From Myxococcales bacterium (GTDB lineage Bacteria > Desulfobacterota > Binatia > HRBIN30): DNA of 64,000 nt. Position numbers and translations under genes: made by a program. The DNA lies in assembly GCA_037445065.1 (NCBI GenBank), contig JBBILD010000004.1, positions 128,001 to 192,000 of the forward strand. The letters are read 5' to 3'. The first letter of the stretch is position 1, and the number at the start of each line of letters is the position of its first letter. Below are positions 20,348-29,908 of this stretch, one piece after another. The notes under the pieces are model-generated. The model was not told the DNA's origin, did no database searches, and saw only the letters and a list, made by a program, of their open reading frames with translations.

Positions 20348-21458
20348 GTTCGACGTTGATCGGGACTTTTTGCCGCTGAGTCAATGGCTGCGCAGGCGGA
20401 CGCCCCGCATCCTCTTGGTGCGCACCGACCACCTCGGCGACATGCTGCTCACCTTGCCGATGGCAAGCGCCATCAAACGGGCCCTGCCGGAGGCTCGCGT
20501 AAGCGTGTTGGCATCGCCTGTGAATGCGGAAGCGGCTCGCCATCATCCGGACGTGGACGAAGTGCTGACTGACTTTTGTGAGGCCAAGGGCTCGGGTTTG
20601 CGGAACGTTTGGCCCTTGATCAGGCTGTTGCGCCAAGCGCGCTTCGATGTGGCGATTGTGGTCCACCCCACGTTGCGCTTGGCGCTGGCGCTGTGGGCGG
20701 CGCGGGTTCCGGTTCGCATTGGAACGGCATTTCGCGTCTATTCCCTCCTCTGGAATGTTCGCGTGCGCCAGCACCGCCGCGGCCGGCGCGAGCACGAGAG
20801 CGCGCTCAACTTGGAATTGTTAGAGCCGCTGGGGATCCGGCCGCAAAAGCGTGGGGCGGAGTGCAAGTGGACCACCCGGCCCGAAGAAGAAATCCGCGTC
20901 GCAGAGCTGTTGCGGAACTTGGCGATTGCCCCCCCCTACGTGGTCGTGCATCCGGGAAGCGGAGGCTCGGCTTGGAATTGGACACCGGAGCGGTACGCCA
21001 ACCTAGCCCGCCGCTTTGCTGCCGCTGGGTATCACGTGCTGGTGACCGGAACGGCGCGGGAACAGAATCTGGTGGAAACGGTTGTTCGTGGCGCAGGCCA
21101 GGCTGCCTGGAGCTTGGCGGGCCAGCTCTCTCTCGGCGAGCTTGCTGTGTTGTTGCGTGGCGCAGCGCTGTTCGTGGGCGCCTCGACGGGCCCGACACAC
21201 CTCGCGGCCACCCTCGGGACAGCGGTGGTGGCGCTGTATTCGCCACTGCGCTCGCAGTTACCGGCGCGCTGGGGTCCCATCGGCCCTCGCGTGGCCGTCG
21301 TGCAACCGGATGTGAACCAGGTGTGCCAGCGTTGTATCGGAGCCGGATGCCCGTTCTTCTTTTGCATGGACCAGCGGCTCGATGTCGAGCGAGTGTGGGC
21401 GGCGGCAACGAGGTTGCTTGGCGCAGGCGATACCGGCGGGCAGCGAGCCGCGCGTTGA
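20346..21458 (+). CDS. Glycosyltransferase family 9 (LPS heptosyltransferase-like); start uncertain
   Basis: Motifs RTDHLGDMLLTLP, VHPGSGGSA and STGPTHLAA. Confidence 0.88.
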   Translation: MFDVDRDFLPLSQWLRRRTPRILLVRTDHLGDMLLTLPMASAIKRALPEARVSVLASPVNAEAARHHPDVDEVLTDFCEAKGSGLRNVWPLIRLLRQARFDVAIVVHPTLRLALALWAARVPVRIGTAFRVYSLLWNVRVRQHRRGRREHESALNLELLEPLGIRPQKRGAECKWTTRPEEEIRVAELLRNLAIAPPYVVVHPGSGGSAWNWTPERYANLARRFAAAGYHVLVTGTAREQNLVETVVRGAGQAAWSLAGQLSLGELAVLLRGAALFVGASTGPTHLAATLGTAVVALYSPLRSQLPARWGPIGPRVAVVQPDVNQVCQRCIGAGCPFFFCMDQRLDVERVWAAATRLLGAGDTGGQRAAR

Positions 21459-21491
21459 TTCCTATGCTGGCCTCCGTTAATGCGGCGCCGC

Positions 21492-22598
21492 ATGCAGGTG
21501 CCTTTGGCGCGCCTTGCGGCGCAGCACGAGCGGTTGCGCGAGGAGTTGCAAGCCGCATTCGATCGGGTCCTCTCCACCGGCGCGTTCGTGCTGGGCGCAG
21601 AGGTGGAAGCCTTCGAGCAGGAGTTTGCCCGGTACTGCGAGACGCAGGAGGCCGTGGCCGTCAACAGTGGTACGGACGCGCTGATCCTGGCGCTGCGCGC
21701 CCTCGGATTAGGCCCGGGGGATGAGGTCATCGTTCCGGCGCTGACCTTTGCGGCCACCGCGGAGGCAGTGTGTTGGATCGGAGCTCGCCCGCTGGTGCTC
21801 GACGTGGAGGAGGAAACGCTGACCTTGGACCCCGCGGCGGTGGAACGGGCTCTGGCCGAGCGAGCCGTACGGGCGATCGTCCCGGTGCACCTATACGGCC
21901 ATCCGGCTGCGCTGGAGCCCATTTGCCGCCTGGCGCGCTCGGCTAGGGTTCCGGTGGTCGAAGACGCTGCCCAGGCGCATGGCGCTCGCACGAACGGAAA
22001 GCGGGTGGGATCCTGGGGAACCCTGGCTGCCTTTAGTTTCTACCCGACTAAGAATCTCGGCGCGCTGGGCGATGGCGGCGCCGTGACTACGGACGCTCCG
22101 GAACTTGCCGCGGCACTTCGTCGTCTGCGCGATCACGGCCAGGAGGGAAAGTACCGGCATGTGACGTTGGGGACCAACTCCCGGTTGGATGCCCTACAGG
22201 CGGCCTTTTTGCGTGCCAAGCTGCGCTGGTTGGAGACTTGGAATCAAAGGAGACGAGAGCTTGCCGAGCGCTATCGCCGCCAGTTGGCCGATTCAACTGC
22301 GGTGCGGCCGCTAACAGTGCGTAGCGAAGCAGAGCCCGTGTACCATCAGTTCGTGGTGCGTTGCCTGCGCCGCGAGGCGCTGGTGGAGCACCTCGCCGAG
22401 CGCGGGATCCAGACGGCAGTCCACTACCCGGTGCCCATCCACTTGCAGCCGGCGTTTGCATTTTTGCGGCAAGGGCCGGGAACCTGTCCCGTGGCGGAAC
22501 AGGCGTGTCAGGAAGTGCTAGCCCTTCCCCTCTACCCGGAACTGGAAGAGCACGAGGTAGATTTTGTTTGTGCCGCTGTGCGGCAGTGGAAGGAGTGA
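21492..22598 (+). CDS. DegT/DnrJ/EryC1/StrS PLP-dependent sugar aminotransferase
   Basis: Motifs NSGTDAL, VHLYG, EDAAQAHG, FSFYPTKNLGALGDGG (PLP lysine) and NSRLD; alternative start 21480. Confidence 0.95.
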   Translation: MQVPLARLAAQHERLREELQAAFDRVLSTGAFVLGAEVEAFEQEFARYCETQEAVAVNSGTDALILALRALGLGPGDEVIVPALTFAATAEAVCWIGARPLVLDVEEETLTLDPAAVERALAERAVRAIVPVHLYGHPAALEPICRLARSARVPVVEDAAQAHGARTNGKRVGSWGTLAAFSFYPTKNLGALGDGGAVTTDAPELAAALRRLRDHGQEGKYRHVTLGTNSRLDALQAAFLRAKLRWLETWNQRRRELAERYRRQLADSTAVRPLTVRSEAEPVYHQFVVRCLRREALVEHLAERGIQTAVHYPVPIHLQPAFAFLRQGPGTCPVAEQACQEVLALPLYPELEEHEVDFVCAAVRQWKE

Positions 22599-22602
22599 GG
22601 TC

Positions 22603-23604
22603 GTGAGGCCGTTGTCCGTGCGCAAGGTTCGCTCACTCTTGCGCCGCTTTTCTGGCGTTCGCTTGCTGGTCATCGGTGACCTCATGCTGGACGAGTTTCT
22701 GTGGGGCAGCGTCGAGCGCATCTCGCCGGAGGCGCCGGTTCCCGTGGTTCGCGTCGAGCGCGAGTCGCTCTGTCTCGGCGGCGCTGCCAACGTGGTCGCG
22801 AACGTCCGCGCTTTGGGGGCGCATGTAACGGCATGCGGTCTGATCGGTCAGGACGCGGCGGGTGGGCATCTCTTGGCCGAACTCCGCCGTATTGGTGCGG
22901 GCACGAGCGGAGTGGTGCGCAGCTCGGACGTGGTGACGACGCGTAAGACTCGCGTGATCGCCCATCATCAGCAGGTGGTTCGTTTCGACCGCGAGCAACC
23001 TGTAGCTACAGACGGCGACGGCGAGCGACTTGTCGCCTTCGTTGAGCGCAACGCAAGCCGTTACGATGCGGTTCTGGTCTCCGATTACGGCAAAGGTGTC
23101 GTTTCACCCGCCTTGCTCGAGGTGTTGAACCGCTTGCATCGAGAGCAGCGGGTGCAGGTAGTCATTGACCCCAAGAAACCGAACTTTGCTCATTATCGGG
23201 GCGCGGCATTGATCACCCCCAATCAGCACGAAGCGGCCGAGGCGGCGGGAATCGCCGTGGGCGACGAGGCGAGCCTCGAGCAGGCGGGTGTTCGCTTGCT
23301 GGAACGCTGGCAGGCTGATGCGGTGCTCATCACTCGGGGGGAAAAAGGAATGACCCTATTCCGCTGTGGTCGGCCAGGGCGACATTTCCCGGCAGTGGCG
23401 CGCGATGTGTTCGATGTCACGGGTGCGGGCGACACGGTGGTCGCAACCTGCACAGTGGCCATGGCTGCGGGAGCGACGCTGGAGGAGGCAGCCTGGCTTG
23501 CCAATCATGCGGCTGGAGTGGCCGTCAGCAAGCTGGGTACCGCCACGGTGAACCAGGCCGAGCTGCTAGCGGCAGTACGGGCAAACAGTGGTGTGCGAGC
23601 GTGA
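22603..23604 (+). CDS. rfaE1: D-glycero-beta-D-manno-heptose-7-phosphate kinase (stand-alone RfaE domain I / HldA)
   Basis: Motifs GDLMLD, RISPEAPVPV, GGAANVV, SDYGKG and DVTGAGDT; no adenylyltransferase domain. Confidence 0.92.
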   Translation: MRPLSVRKVRSLLRRFSGVRLLVIGDLMLDEFLWGSVERISPEAPVPVVRVERESLCLGGAANVVANVRALGAHVTACGLIGQDAAGGHLLAELRRIGAGTSGVVRSSDVVTTRKTRVIAHHQQVVRFDREQPVATDGDGERLVAFVERNASRYDAVLVSDYGKGVVSPALLEVLNRLHREQRVQVVIDPKKPNFAHYRGAALITPNQHEAAEAAGIAVGDEASLEQAGVRLLERWQADAVLITRGEKGMTLFRCGRPGRHFPAVARDVFDVTGAGDTVVATCTVAMAAGATLEEAAWLANHAAGVAVSKLGTATVNQAELLAAVRANSGVRA

Positions 23605-23610
23605 AGGGGG

Positions 23611-24492
23611 ATGCGAATGCGGAGCATGACGGGGTACGGCAGTGCGCGCCTTGAGTCCGGAGCGTGGCGGTGGACCGCGGAAATTCGCTCGGTAAATCAC
23701 CGTTTTCTCGAACTCCGCATCAACTTGCCGCGCGACTTGGCGCGTTACGAGGCGGAGTTGCGCAAGCTGGTGCAGGCGGAAGCGCAGCGCGGCAAGGTGG
23801 ATGTGAGTTTGAACGTCAGCGGGCGGGCGCAGTCCGCCGTGCAAGTCCAGGTCAACTTGCCGCTGGCGCGCGCCTACGTGGCTGCCTGGAGGCAGTTGCA
23901 GCGCGAGCTCGGGGTGCCGGGAGAAGTGGACCTGGGCATGCTGGTGGAGCGGTCCGATCTCCTGTCACTGAGCGAAACGCCTCGGGAGAGTGAGGAGGAT
24001 GCATGGGCGTTGCGCGAGGTGCTCGGCCGCGCGTTGCGCGCTTGGAACCGGGAGCGAGCGCGCGAGGGGCGCGTGCTGCAGCGCGATATCCACCAGCGGG
24101 TGGCCCGCTTGGCGACGTTGCAGCGACAGATCGCTGCCTGTGTTCGCAAGCTCAAGCCTGTGCTGCGCGAGCGCCTGCGCAAGAGGGTGGCAGCGCTGCT
24201 GGATGATCGCGCGCTCGACGAGCAGCGCTTGCTGCAAGAAGTCGTGCTCATCGCCGAGCGTAGCGATGTGACCGAGGAGCTGGTTCGCTTGCAGTCTCAC
24301 CTTGCCGCCTGCCGAACCCTGCTGCGCGAAAAGGGGCCGGTGGGGAAGCGGCTCGAATTTTTGCTGCAAGAGCTCCATCGCGAGTTCAACACAGTCGCCA
24401 GCAAGAGCAGCGACCTCACCGTCACCCAGCTTACGATCGAGGCGCGCAGCGAGATCGAAAAGCTCAAGGAGCAGGTGCAAAACGTGGAGTGA
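23611..24492 (+). CDS. yicC: YicC/YloC-family endoribonuclease
   Basis: Motifs SMTGYG, EIRSVNHRFLE, RGKVD, EELVRLQSH, GKRLEFLLQE and EQVQNVE. Confidence 0.95.
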   Translation: MRMRSMTGYGSARLESGAWRWTAEIRSVNHRFLELRINLPRDLARYEAELRKLVQAEAQRGKVDVSLNVSGRAQSAVQVQVNLPLARAYVAAWRQLQRELGVPGEVDLGMLVERSDLLSLSETPRESEEDAWALREVLGRALRAWNRERAREGRVLQRDIHQRVARLATLQRQIAACVRKLKPVLRERLRKRVAALLDDRALDEQRLLQEVVLIAERSDVTEELVRLQSHLAACRTLLREKGPVGKRLEFLLQELHREFNTVASKSSDLTVTQLTIEARSEIEKLKEQVQNVE

Positions 24493-25157
24493 AGGACGGT
24501 GCTCGTTTACGCAGCCGATCCACGGGGGGTACGCGGGTCCGTTCGAGCGGGGGAAGTGTGAGGCTAGTCCTGTTGGGCGTCGCCCTCGGGGTGCTGGTGG
24601 AAGGCTTTGCGTGGCTGCTTCGCTGGTGGGAATTCCGCCGCAAGCTCTTTTTGCTGGTGCAGGTGGTCGGTATGTACGGGTTGGTCATGGGCGGCCTGGC
24701 GGCGTGGGTGCCGCGCCTGGGGCCAGGCCCAACCTTCGGACTGGCCTGCCTCCTTGGCTTGTGCAGCGAGTTACTGAACGTCGCTTTCTTGAAGTGGTGG
24801 CGTTTCTGCGACGGGCGCGACGATTCGAGTTGGGGCCGGCTGGTGGTCCTTCTCGTACTCGCCCTCGCCTGGGGAGCGGCGCCGCTGGTAATCGCGCGCA
24901 CGGATACGGCGCTTGTGGGTGCCTGGCGTGCAACCGGTGCCGCCGACCCGTTCCGCGAGTTGGAGGCACGCAAGCGGCACTTGCTTGTAAAACGAGAAGC
25001 GCTCCTCGCCCGCTTGCGCGAGGTGGACCATCGCCTGCGCGCCCTCGACCGGCGCGAGCAGCGCTTGCTCGAGCGTCGCACGCGGCGCACCCCTGGGCGA
25101 CCCCGCCCGGAGCAGGAAGGCGAGATGAGAGAACCGGGAAAGGAGGAAGGCACATGA
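24489..25157 (+). CDS. Hypothetical membrane protein (about 4 TM) with a C-terminal coiled coil
   Basis: Overlaps both neighbours (GTGA with the yicC stop, ATGA with the next start); hydrophobic segments followed by an R/E/L heptad-rich tail. Confidence 0.7.
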   Translation: MKDGARLRSRSTGGTRVRSSGGSVRLVLLGVALGVLVEGFAWLLRWWEFRRKLFLLVQVVGMYGLVMGGLAAWVPRLGPGPTFGLACLLGLCSELLNVAFLKWWRFCDGRDDSSWGRLVVLLVLALAWGAAPLVIARTDTALVGAWRATGAADPFRELEARKRHLLVKREALLARLREVDHRLRALDRREQRLLERRTRRTPGRPRPEQEGEMREPGKEEGT

Positions 25158-26134
25158 GAGCCATTGTGTGTGATCGGCCAGGCAACGAGGACGTGATGCG
25201 TATCGGCGAGGTGCCCGCGCCGCGGCTTGGCGAAGAAGAGGTCCGCATCCGGGTGTATGCGACCTCGGTCAATCGTGCCGATCTCTTGCAGCGCCAGGGG
25301 CTCTACCCACCCCCACCCGGGGTGACGGACATCCTCGGACTGGAGTGCGCGGGCGAAATCGTCGAAGTGGGCCCGCGTGCGGGGACTTGGCAGGTGGGGC
25401 AGCGGGTCATGGCTCTTCTGCCAGGCGGGGGATACGCCGAGGAGGCGGTGGTGCACTGGGGCAGCGTGTTACCGATGCCTGAGAGCTTCACGTGGGAAGA
25501 GGGTGGGGCGTTTCCGGAGGTGTTCCTCACCGCGTTCCTCAATTTGTTTTTGCTGGGCCGCATCGCCCCTGGTGGAACTGCGCTCGTGCACGGCGGCGGC
25601 AGTGGCGTCGGGACGGCGGCAATCACCCTGCTCAAGCGCGCGGGGGTACGGGTCGTGGTGACTGCCGGTGGAGAGGAAAAGTGCCGCCGTTGCCTTGCGC
25701 ACGGCGCGGATGTGGCAATTGACTACCGCACCGAGGACTTCGTGGCGCGAGTCAAAGAGGTCACCGAAGGCCGTGGCGTCAACGTCGTCTTGGACCACAT
25801 TGGAGCCCGCTATCTTGTCGGGAACTTGGAGTCGCTGGCGAGCGACGGGCGCCTCGTCATCATTGGTTTGATGGGCGGGGCCAAGGCCGAGATTCCGCTT
25901 GCGCAGTTGCTGATCAAACGGCTGCACGTGATCGGATCCACGCTGCGCACCCGCTCTCCCGAAGACAAGGCGGCCATCGTACGTGATTTCTTGGTTCGTT
26001 TCGGAGAGGATTTGCGCCGCGGCCTCCTGCGGCCCGTGACTGACCGAGTGTTGCCTCTGGAGCAAGCGGCGGAGGCCCACCGGGTCGTCGCGGCGAGTGC
26101 GCACTTCGGGAAGGTGGCCCTGCGCGTGCGTTAG
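25154..26134 (+). CDS. NAD(P)H:quinone oxidoreductase (PIG3-like MDR family)
   Basis: Motifs VNRADLLQRQGLYPPPPG, LGLECAG, HGGGSGVG, GSTLR and HFGK; start ATG 25154 after AGGAGG. Confidence 0.93.
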   Translation: MRAIVCDRPGNEDVMRIGEVPAPRLGEEEVRIRVYATSVNRADLLQRQGLYPPPPGVTDILGLECAGEIVEVGPRAGTWQVGQRVMALLPGGGYAEEAVVHWGSVLPMPESFTWEEGGAFPEVFLTAFLNLFLLGRIAPGGTALVHGGGSGVGTAAITLLKRAGVRVVVTAGGEEKCRRCLAHGADVAIDYRTEDFVARVKEVTEGRGVNVVLDHIGARYLVGNLESLASDGRLVIIGLMGGAKAEIPLAQLLIKRLHVIGSTLRTRSPEDKAAIVRDFLVRFGEDLRRGLLRPVTDRVLPLEQAAEAHRVVAASAHFGKVALRVR

Positions 26135-26237
26135 GAGCGGGTTGCAGCGGCGCTGAGGCGGAGCGTTGTGCCCACGCTCCGCACGCAAGGACGGGCACGC
26201 AGCGGGCCTTTCTGGGCGCCGGCGACTGGGAAGGTGG

Positions 26238-27821
26238 CTACGCAGACGGGGGCGCCAGTCGGTTTGGAAGCCACACCCGAAATGTTGACCCTTTCCCAGG
26301 CTCTGACTCCACCTGGATCTGGCCGCCCATCATGTCCACCAGCCGCTGTACCACGTACAGGCCCAAACCCACTCCGCCAAAACGGCGCGTCGAGGCGCGT
26401 TCTCCTTGTCGGAACGGTTCGAAAATGACCGGCAGGATTTCGGAGTCGATCCCGATGCCCGTGTCCGCAACCGTAAACTCCACCCCGCCTTCTGCCGCGT
26501 GCACGCGGATTTCGATCCAGCCGCGTTCCGTGAATTTGATGGCGTTGGAAAGCAGGTGGTATAAAACCGTTTTCAGTTTTGCCGGGTCCGTTCCGATTTG
26601 TTCGGCGCCAGGCGCAATCTCGCTGCGCAGGGCCAGCCCCTTTTTGCGGCAGCTCTGGGCCATTTCTCGTTTGAGTTCCTCCACCAGTGCCGGAATCGAA
26701 ACGCTTCCCAACACCAGGGGCTCGGTTTGTTGCTCGAAACGGCTTAAATCCAGGGTTGTGTTGATCAACGTTAGAAGTTCCCGTGCGCTTTGGTCCATCC
26801 GCTCGAGGACGTCTCGCTGCTCAGCGTTCAGTGGGCCGAACTCTCCCAGGGCAAGCAACTCCGTGTAACCAATGAGCGTGTTGAGCGGGGTGCGCAACTC
26901 GTGCGACATGGTGGCAACAAAGTCCGACTTGAGCCGCGTTGCGTCCTCGAGTTCACGCAAAAAGCTCGCATGGGCAAACCATACGGTGGCTAGTCGCTCT
27001 ACCGCCTGCAGATCGCGCGGCCCGGGTCCTTGCCCAGAGCTGGGTCGGTTCCGCAATACAACTAAGCGGCCCAGTCGCCCTTGGCCGCGTTGTAACGTGA
27101 GCTGGATGATGCCCCGGTGAAATGCGGGGGATTCTTCCTTGAAAGTCGATAGGTCGGCTGCAGCGCGGGCAATCGTATTGGGCAAAACGTCCCGCGGGAG
27201 GACGGCCGCGTGGAGGGCCTCTGCTTCCTCTCGGGCCAGTCCCCACTGCGCCAGCAAGCGCAGGCCTAGACTGCCGCAATCTTCCCAGAGCTGTGCCCAA
27301 CGCGCGGCGAGCGCTTCGGCCACTGCCGCGCACAGTTGCTCGAGCGAGTCCGGGCGGTCGAAACTGGTGAGGAGCCGCTCGATCATGAGCGCCAGTGCCG
27401 GCGCGATCACCTCGCCTCGGTCCACGGCCGCGAGGTGCAGGCGCGTCCTGTCGCCCAGGGTGTCCCTGCCGAGCGCCACCCGTACCCGGTGGAGGCCGTG
27501 ATGCGAGTCGCGCAAGGCCAGTTCCCCGGAAACGGCGTGCCCAGCGAGGGCGTCAGAGAGGAGCCGCCGTGCTTGCGGCCGGCTCGCTGCATCCACCCAC
27601 ACGAGCCAGCTATCCGGAGCGAAGTTGGGTGGGATGGCGTGACCGAGAAACGTTGCTGGCGCCGCGCCTTCGAGTTGCCATGGCTCCGCGCCCGACTGGT
27701 ACCAGGTGCACTGCCAGTCCGCCAGCGCCGTAGCCAGCCCAGCGCCGCCGGGATTCTCGACCGGAGGTGGTTGCCGCTTGCGACTTCTTTCGCGCTTGCG
27801 CTTCACGAATCCCGCCATCAA
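26238..27821 (-). CDS. Orphan cytoplasmic sensor histidine kinase (degenerate PAS/GAF-like N-terminus; start uncertain)
   Basis: H-box MSHELRTPL, N-box LLSNAIKFT, G1 DTGIGI and G2 GGVGLGL. Confidence 0.88.
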   Translation of the reverse strand: MMAGFVKRKRERSRKRQPPPVENPGGAGLATALADWQCTWYQSGAEPWQLEGAAPATFLGHAIPPNFAPDSWLVWVDAASRPQARRLLSDALAGHAVSGELALRDSHHGLHRVRVALGRDTLGDRTRLHLAAVDRGEVIAPALALMIERLLTSFDRPDSLEQLCAAVAEALAARWAQLWEDCGSLGLRLLAQWGLAREEAEALHAAVLPRDVLPNTIARAAADLSTFKEESPAFHRGIIQLTLQRGQGRLGRLVVLRNRPSSGQGPGPRDLQAVERLATVWFAHASFLRELEDATRLKSDFVATMSHELRTPLNTLIGYTELLALGEFGPLNAEQRDVLERMDQSARELLTLINTTLDLSRFEQQTEPLVLGSVSIPALVEELKREMAQSCRKKGLALRSEIAPGAEQIGTDPAKLKTVLYHLLSNAIKFTERGWIEIRVHAAEGGVEFTVADTGIGIDSEILPVIFEPFRQGERASTRRFGGVGLGLYVVQRLVDMMGGQIQVESEPGKGSTFRVWLPNRLAPPSA

Positions 27822-27966
27822 CTCGCTGATTCGAACCGCGCCCCGTTCCCCCAGCCGCTTACCTCTCGATGCCTCAAGTCAACCTCGCTCCCAGAACCCC
27901 CCTTCGTCTTTCCTCCTTGAGCTTCCCTACAGAACGCCGACAACCATCCACAAAGTTGGCGGCACT

Positions 27967-28458
27967 TCAAGTGGAACGTTTCTCCCACCATGGGACGTGC
28001 CGGACCAGCGAAGGCAGGTCGCGTTCCGACCAGGTTTGCTCGAACACGCGTCGGTAGCCGGTGACCAGAATCGACCAGTCGCTACCTTCCTTGATGTACT
28101 CGTCTTCGTAATACGCTGCGCCGCGCAAAGCTGTGCCAGAGTCTAGGTCGTATACCCAGTCGTCGAGCGCCCAGATGCCGTTGGCCCGCGAGGGGGAAGC
28201 GAATGTGATCTCGGGGTGATGGCAGCGGTGTAAGCTCAGGCGGCGCGTGCTGCCGAGCACGCTCTTCAGAAAGTCCAGGATCGCGTCGCGGCCGTCGAAC
28301 GACAGGCGGCCGTCGGCATAGGCCGCGCGCGCTTCGGGATGCAAACACTCCTTGAGCCCGTCCCAGTCCTTGAGGTCGAGGCAGCGCAAGTAGCGGTACT
28401 TGAGGTGTTCGATGGCAACCCGCTCCTGCGTAGGATCCCATCCGTTCCTCTGGTTCAT
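27967..28458 (-). CDS. NTF2/SnoaL-like protein (BaiE/LinA/scytalone dehydratase-like)
   Basis: Motifs IEHLKYRYLRCLD.KDW, HRCHHPEI, GIWAL.D and YEDEY. Confidence 0.82.
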   Translation of the reverse strand: MNQRNGWDPTQERVAIEHLKYRYLRCLDLKDWDGLKECLHPEARAAYADGRLSFDGRDAILDFLKSVLGSTRRLSLHRCHHPEITFASPSRANGIWALDDWVYDLDSGTALRGAAYYEDEYIKEGSDWSILVTGYRRVFEQTWSERDLPSLVRHVPWWEKRST

Positions 28459-28486
28459 GAACCTGAGTCTGCCTGCGTTGCAGCCC

Positions 28487-29668
28487 TTACTCAACGCGGG
28501 CGAGGATGCCTTTCAGGTACGTCCCCTCCGGATGGGCCACCAGTGTCGGGTGGTCGGCCGCAGCGCCGAGAAGCTGTAAGACTTGTACTTGCCGCCCCGT
28601 GTGCGCCGCCGCTTTTTGCAGCGTGTACGCGAACCAGGGCGGGGTGACGTGCTGTGAGCAACTGAAGGTCATCAAATACGCGCCCGCCCGCGCCCGCCGC
28701 AGAGCCCAGGTGTGGAGGTCGTAGTAGGCTCTTCCACCTCGCGAAAGCTCGGGCTTGCGCTTCACCAAGGCAGGTGGATCGAGCACAATGAAATCGAAGC
28801 TGCGATCGGTCTGGCGCAGGTAGGAGAACACGTCGTCCGAAACGACCTCGTGCGGGATGGAACTTCCAGCCAATTCCCAATTTCGGCGCGCGAGTTCGCA
28901 AGCACGGGCAGAACTCTCTACCGACACCACACCGCGCGCCCCGCCGGCAGCCACGTGTACGGAAAACGCAGCCGTGTAAGCGAAGGCGTTCAGCACCTCG
29001 CACCCGGAAGCCAATTGGCGCGCCAAAGCGCGATTTTCTCGCTGGTCGAGAAAAAAGCCGGTTTTTTGCCCGAGCACGACGTCTACCCAGAACGGGAGGC
29101 CGTTTTCGCGGATTTGCATCGGCTGCGGAGGAAGAGACCCGGCGAGCACACCGAGTTCGTCTGCCAGACCTTCCTCGCGGCGCACGGCGCCGACACTCCG
29201 TTCGTAAACGCAGCTCGGCGACAAGAATTCCTGCAATGCCTCCACGAGCAAAGGCTTCAAACGCTCGGCGCCAGCGGTCAGGCACTGCACCACGTGCACA
29301 GAGCGGTACACGTCCACGACAAAACCGGGCAAGCCGTCGCCCTCACCGTTGATCAAGCGGAAGCTGTCGGTCTCTCCGTACCGGCTGCAGACCCGTTGTC
29401 GCAATTCGAAGGCGTGGCGGAGGCGGAGGAGGAAAAACTCCCGGTTGATTTGCCGGCGAGCGCGCGAGAGGAGCCGCACGGCGATCGTACAGCGCGGGTG
29501 TGCGGTACCGATGCCGAGAAAGGAGCCGTCGGCTGCGTGGACTTCCACGAGCTGACCCGGTTCCTGAATCTGTGCTCGGTCTTGGAGCGCCCCGGCAAAC
29601 ACCCAGGGATGACCCAAGCGGAGAGCGCCTTCGCGGCCGGGGCGTAAGGAGACGACGGGGTACTCCAT
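28487..29668 (-). CDS. rlmI: RlmI/RlmK-family 23S rRNA methyltransferase
   Basis: PUA-like GHPWVF, GEGDGLPG, GQKTGFFLDQRENR, LDPP, TFSCS and EGTYLK. Confidence 0.9.
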   Translation of the reverse strand: MEYPVVSLRPGREGALRLGHPWVFAGALQDRAQIQEPGQLVEVHAADGSFLGIGTAHPRCTIAVRLLSRARRQINREFFLLRLRHAFELRQRVCSRYGETDSFRLINGEGDGLPGFVVDVYRSVHVVQCLTAGAERLKPLLVEALQEFLSPSCVYERSVGAVRREEGLADELGVLAGSLPPQPMQIRENGLPFWVDVVLGQKTGFFLDQRENRALARQLASGCEVLNAFAYTAAFSVHVAAGGARGVVSVESSARACELARRNWELAGSSIPHEVVSDDVFSYLRQTDRSFDFIVLDPPALVKRKPELSRGGRAYYDLHTWALRRARAGAYLMTFSCSQHVTPPWFAYTLQKAAAHTGRQVQVLQLLGAAADHPTLVAHPEGTYLKGILARVE

Positions 29669-29908
29669 GTGCGAGCGCTGCTAGCAAAAGCGGACGGGGC
29701 AATGCGAGGAGTGCACCGCGGAACGCTGTAGCACAAGGCGAGTGTTCCGCGCCGCACCGGCGCGGCCCTAGTTCGGAGTCTGACTGGACACCTTGCTCAC
29801 GGCTGTGCTAAGGGCGGGGCGCGTTTTTCCTGCAGGTCGCGGCGGCACGGGGCCGACTCGGTCGGGCAAGAGAAAGGCGGGTAGAGATTTTGGAGAAGGA
29901 GTCGGACC

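Noticed and set aside
24302..25153. N-terminal extension making the quinone oxidoreductase a 610-aa fusion; likewise the extensions at 45512-46387, 46831-47238 and 49929-50132
   Set aside because: The extensions overlap other genes in another frame, and better starts with RBS or stop/start coupling exist at 25154, 45511, 46830 and 50133.
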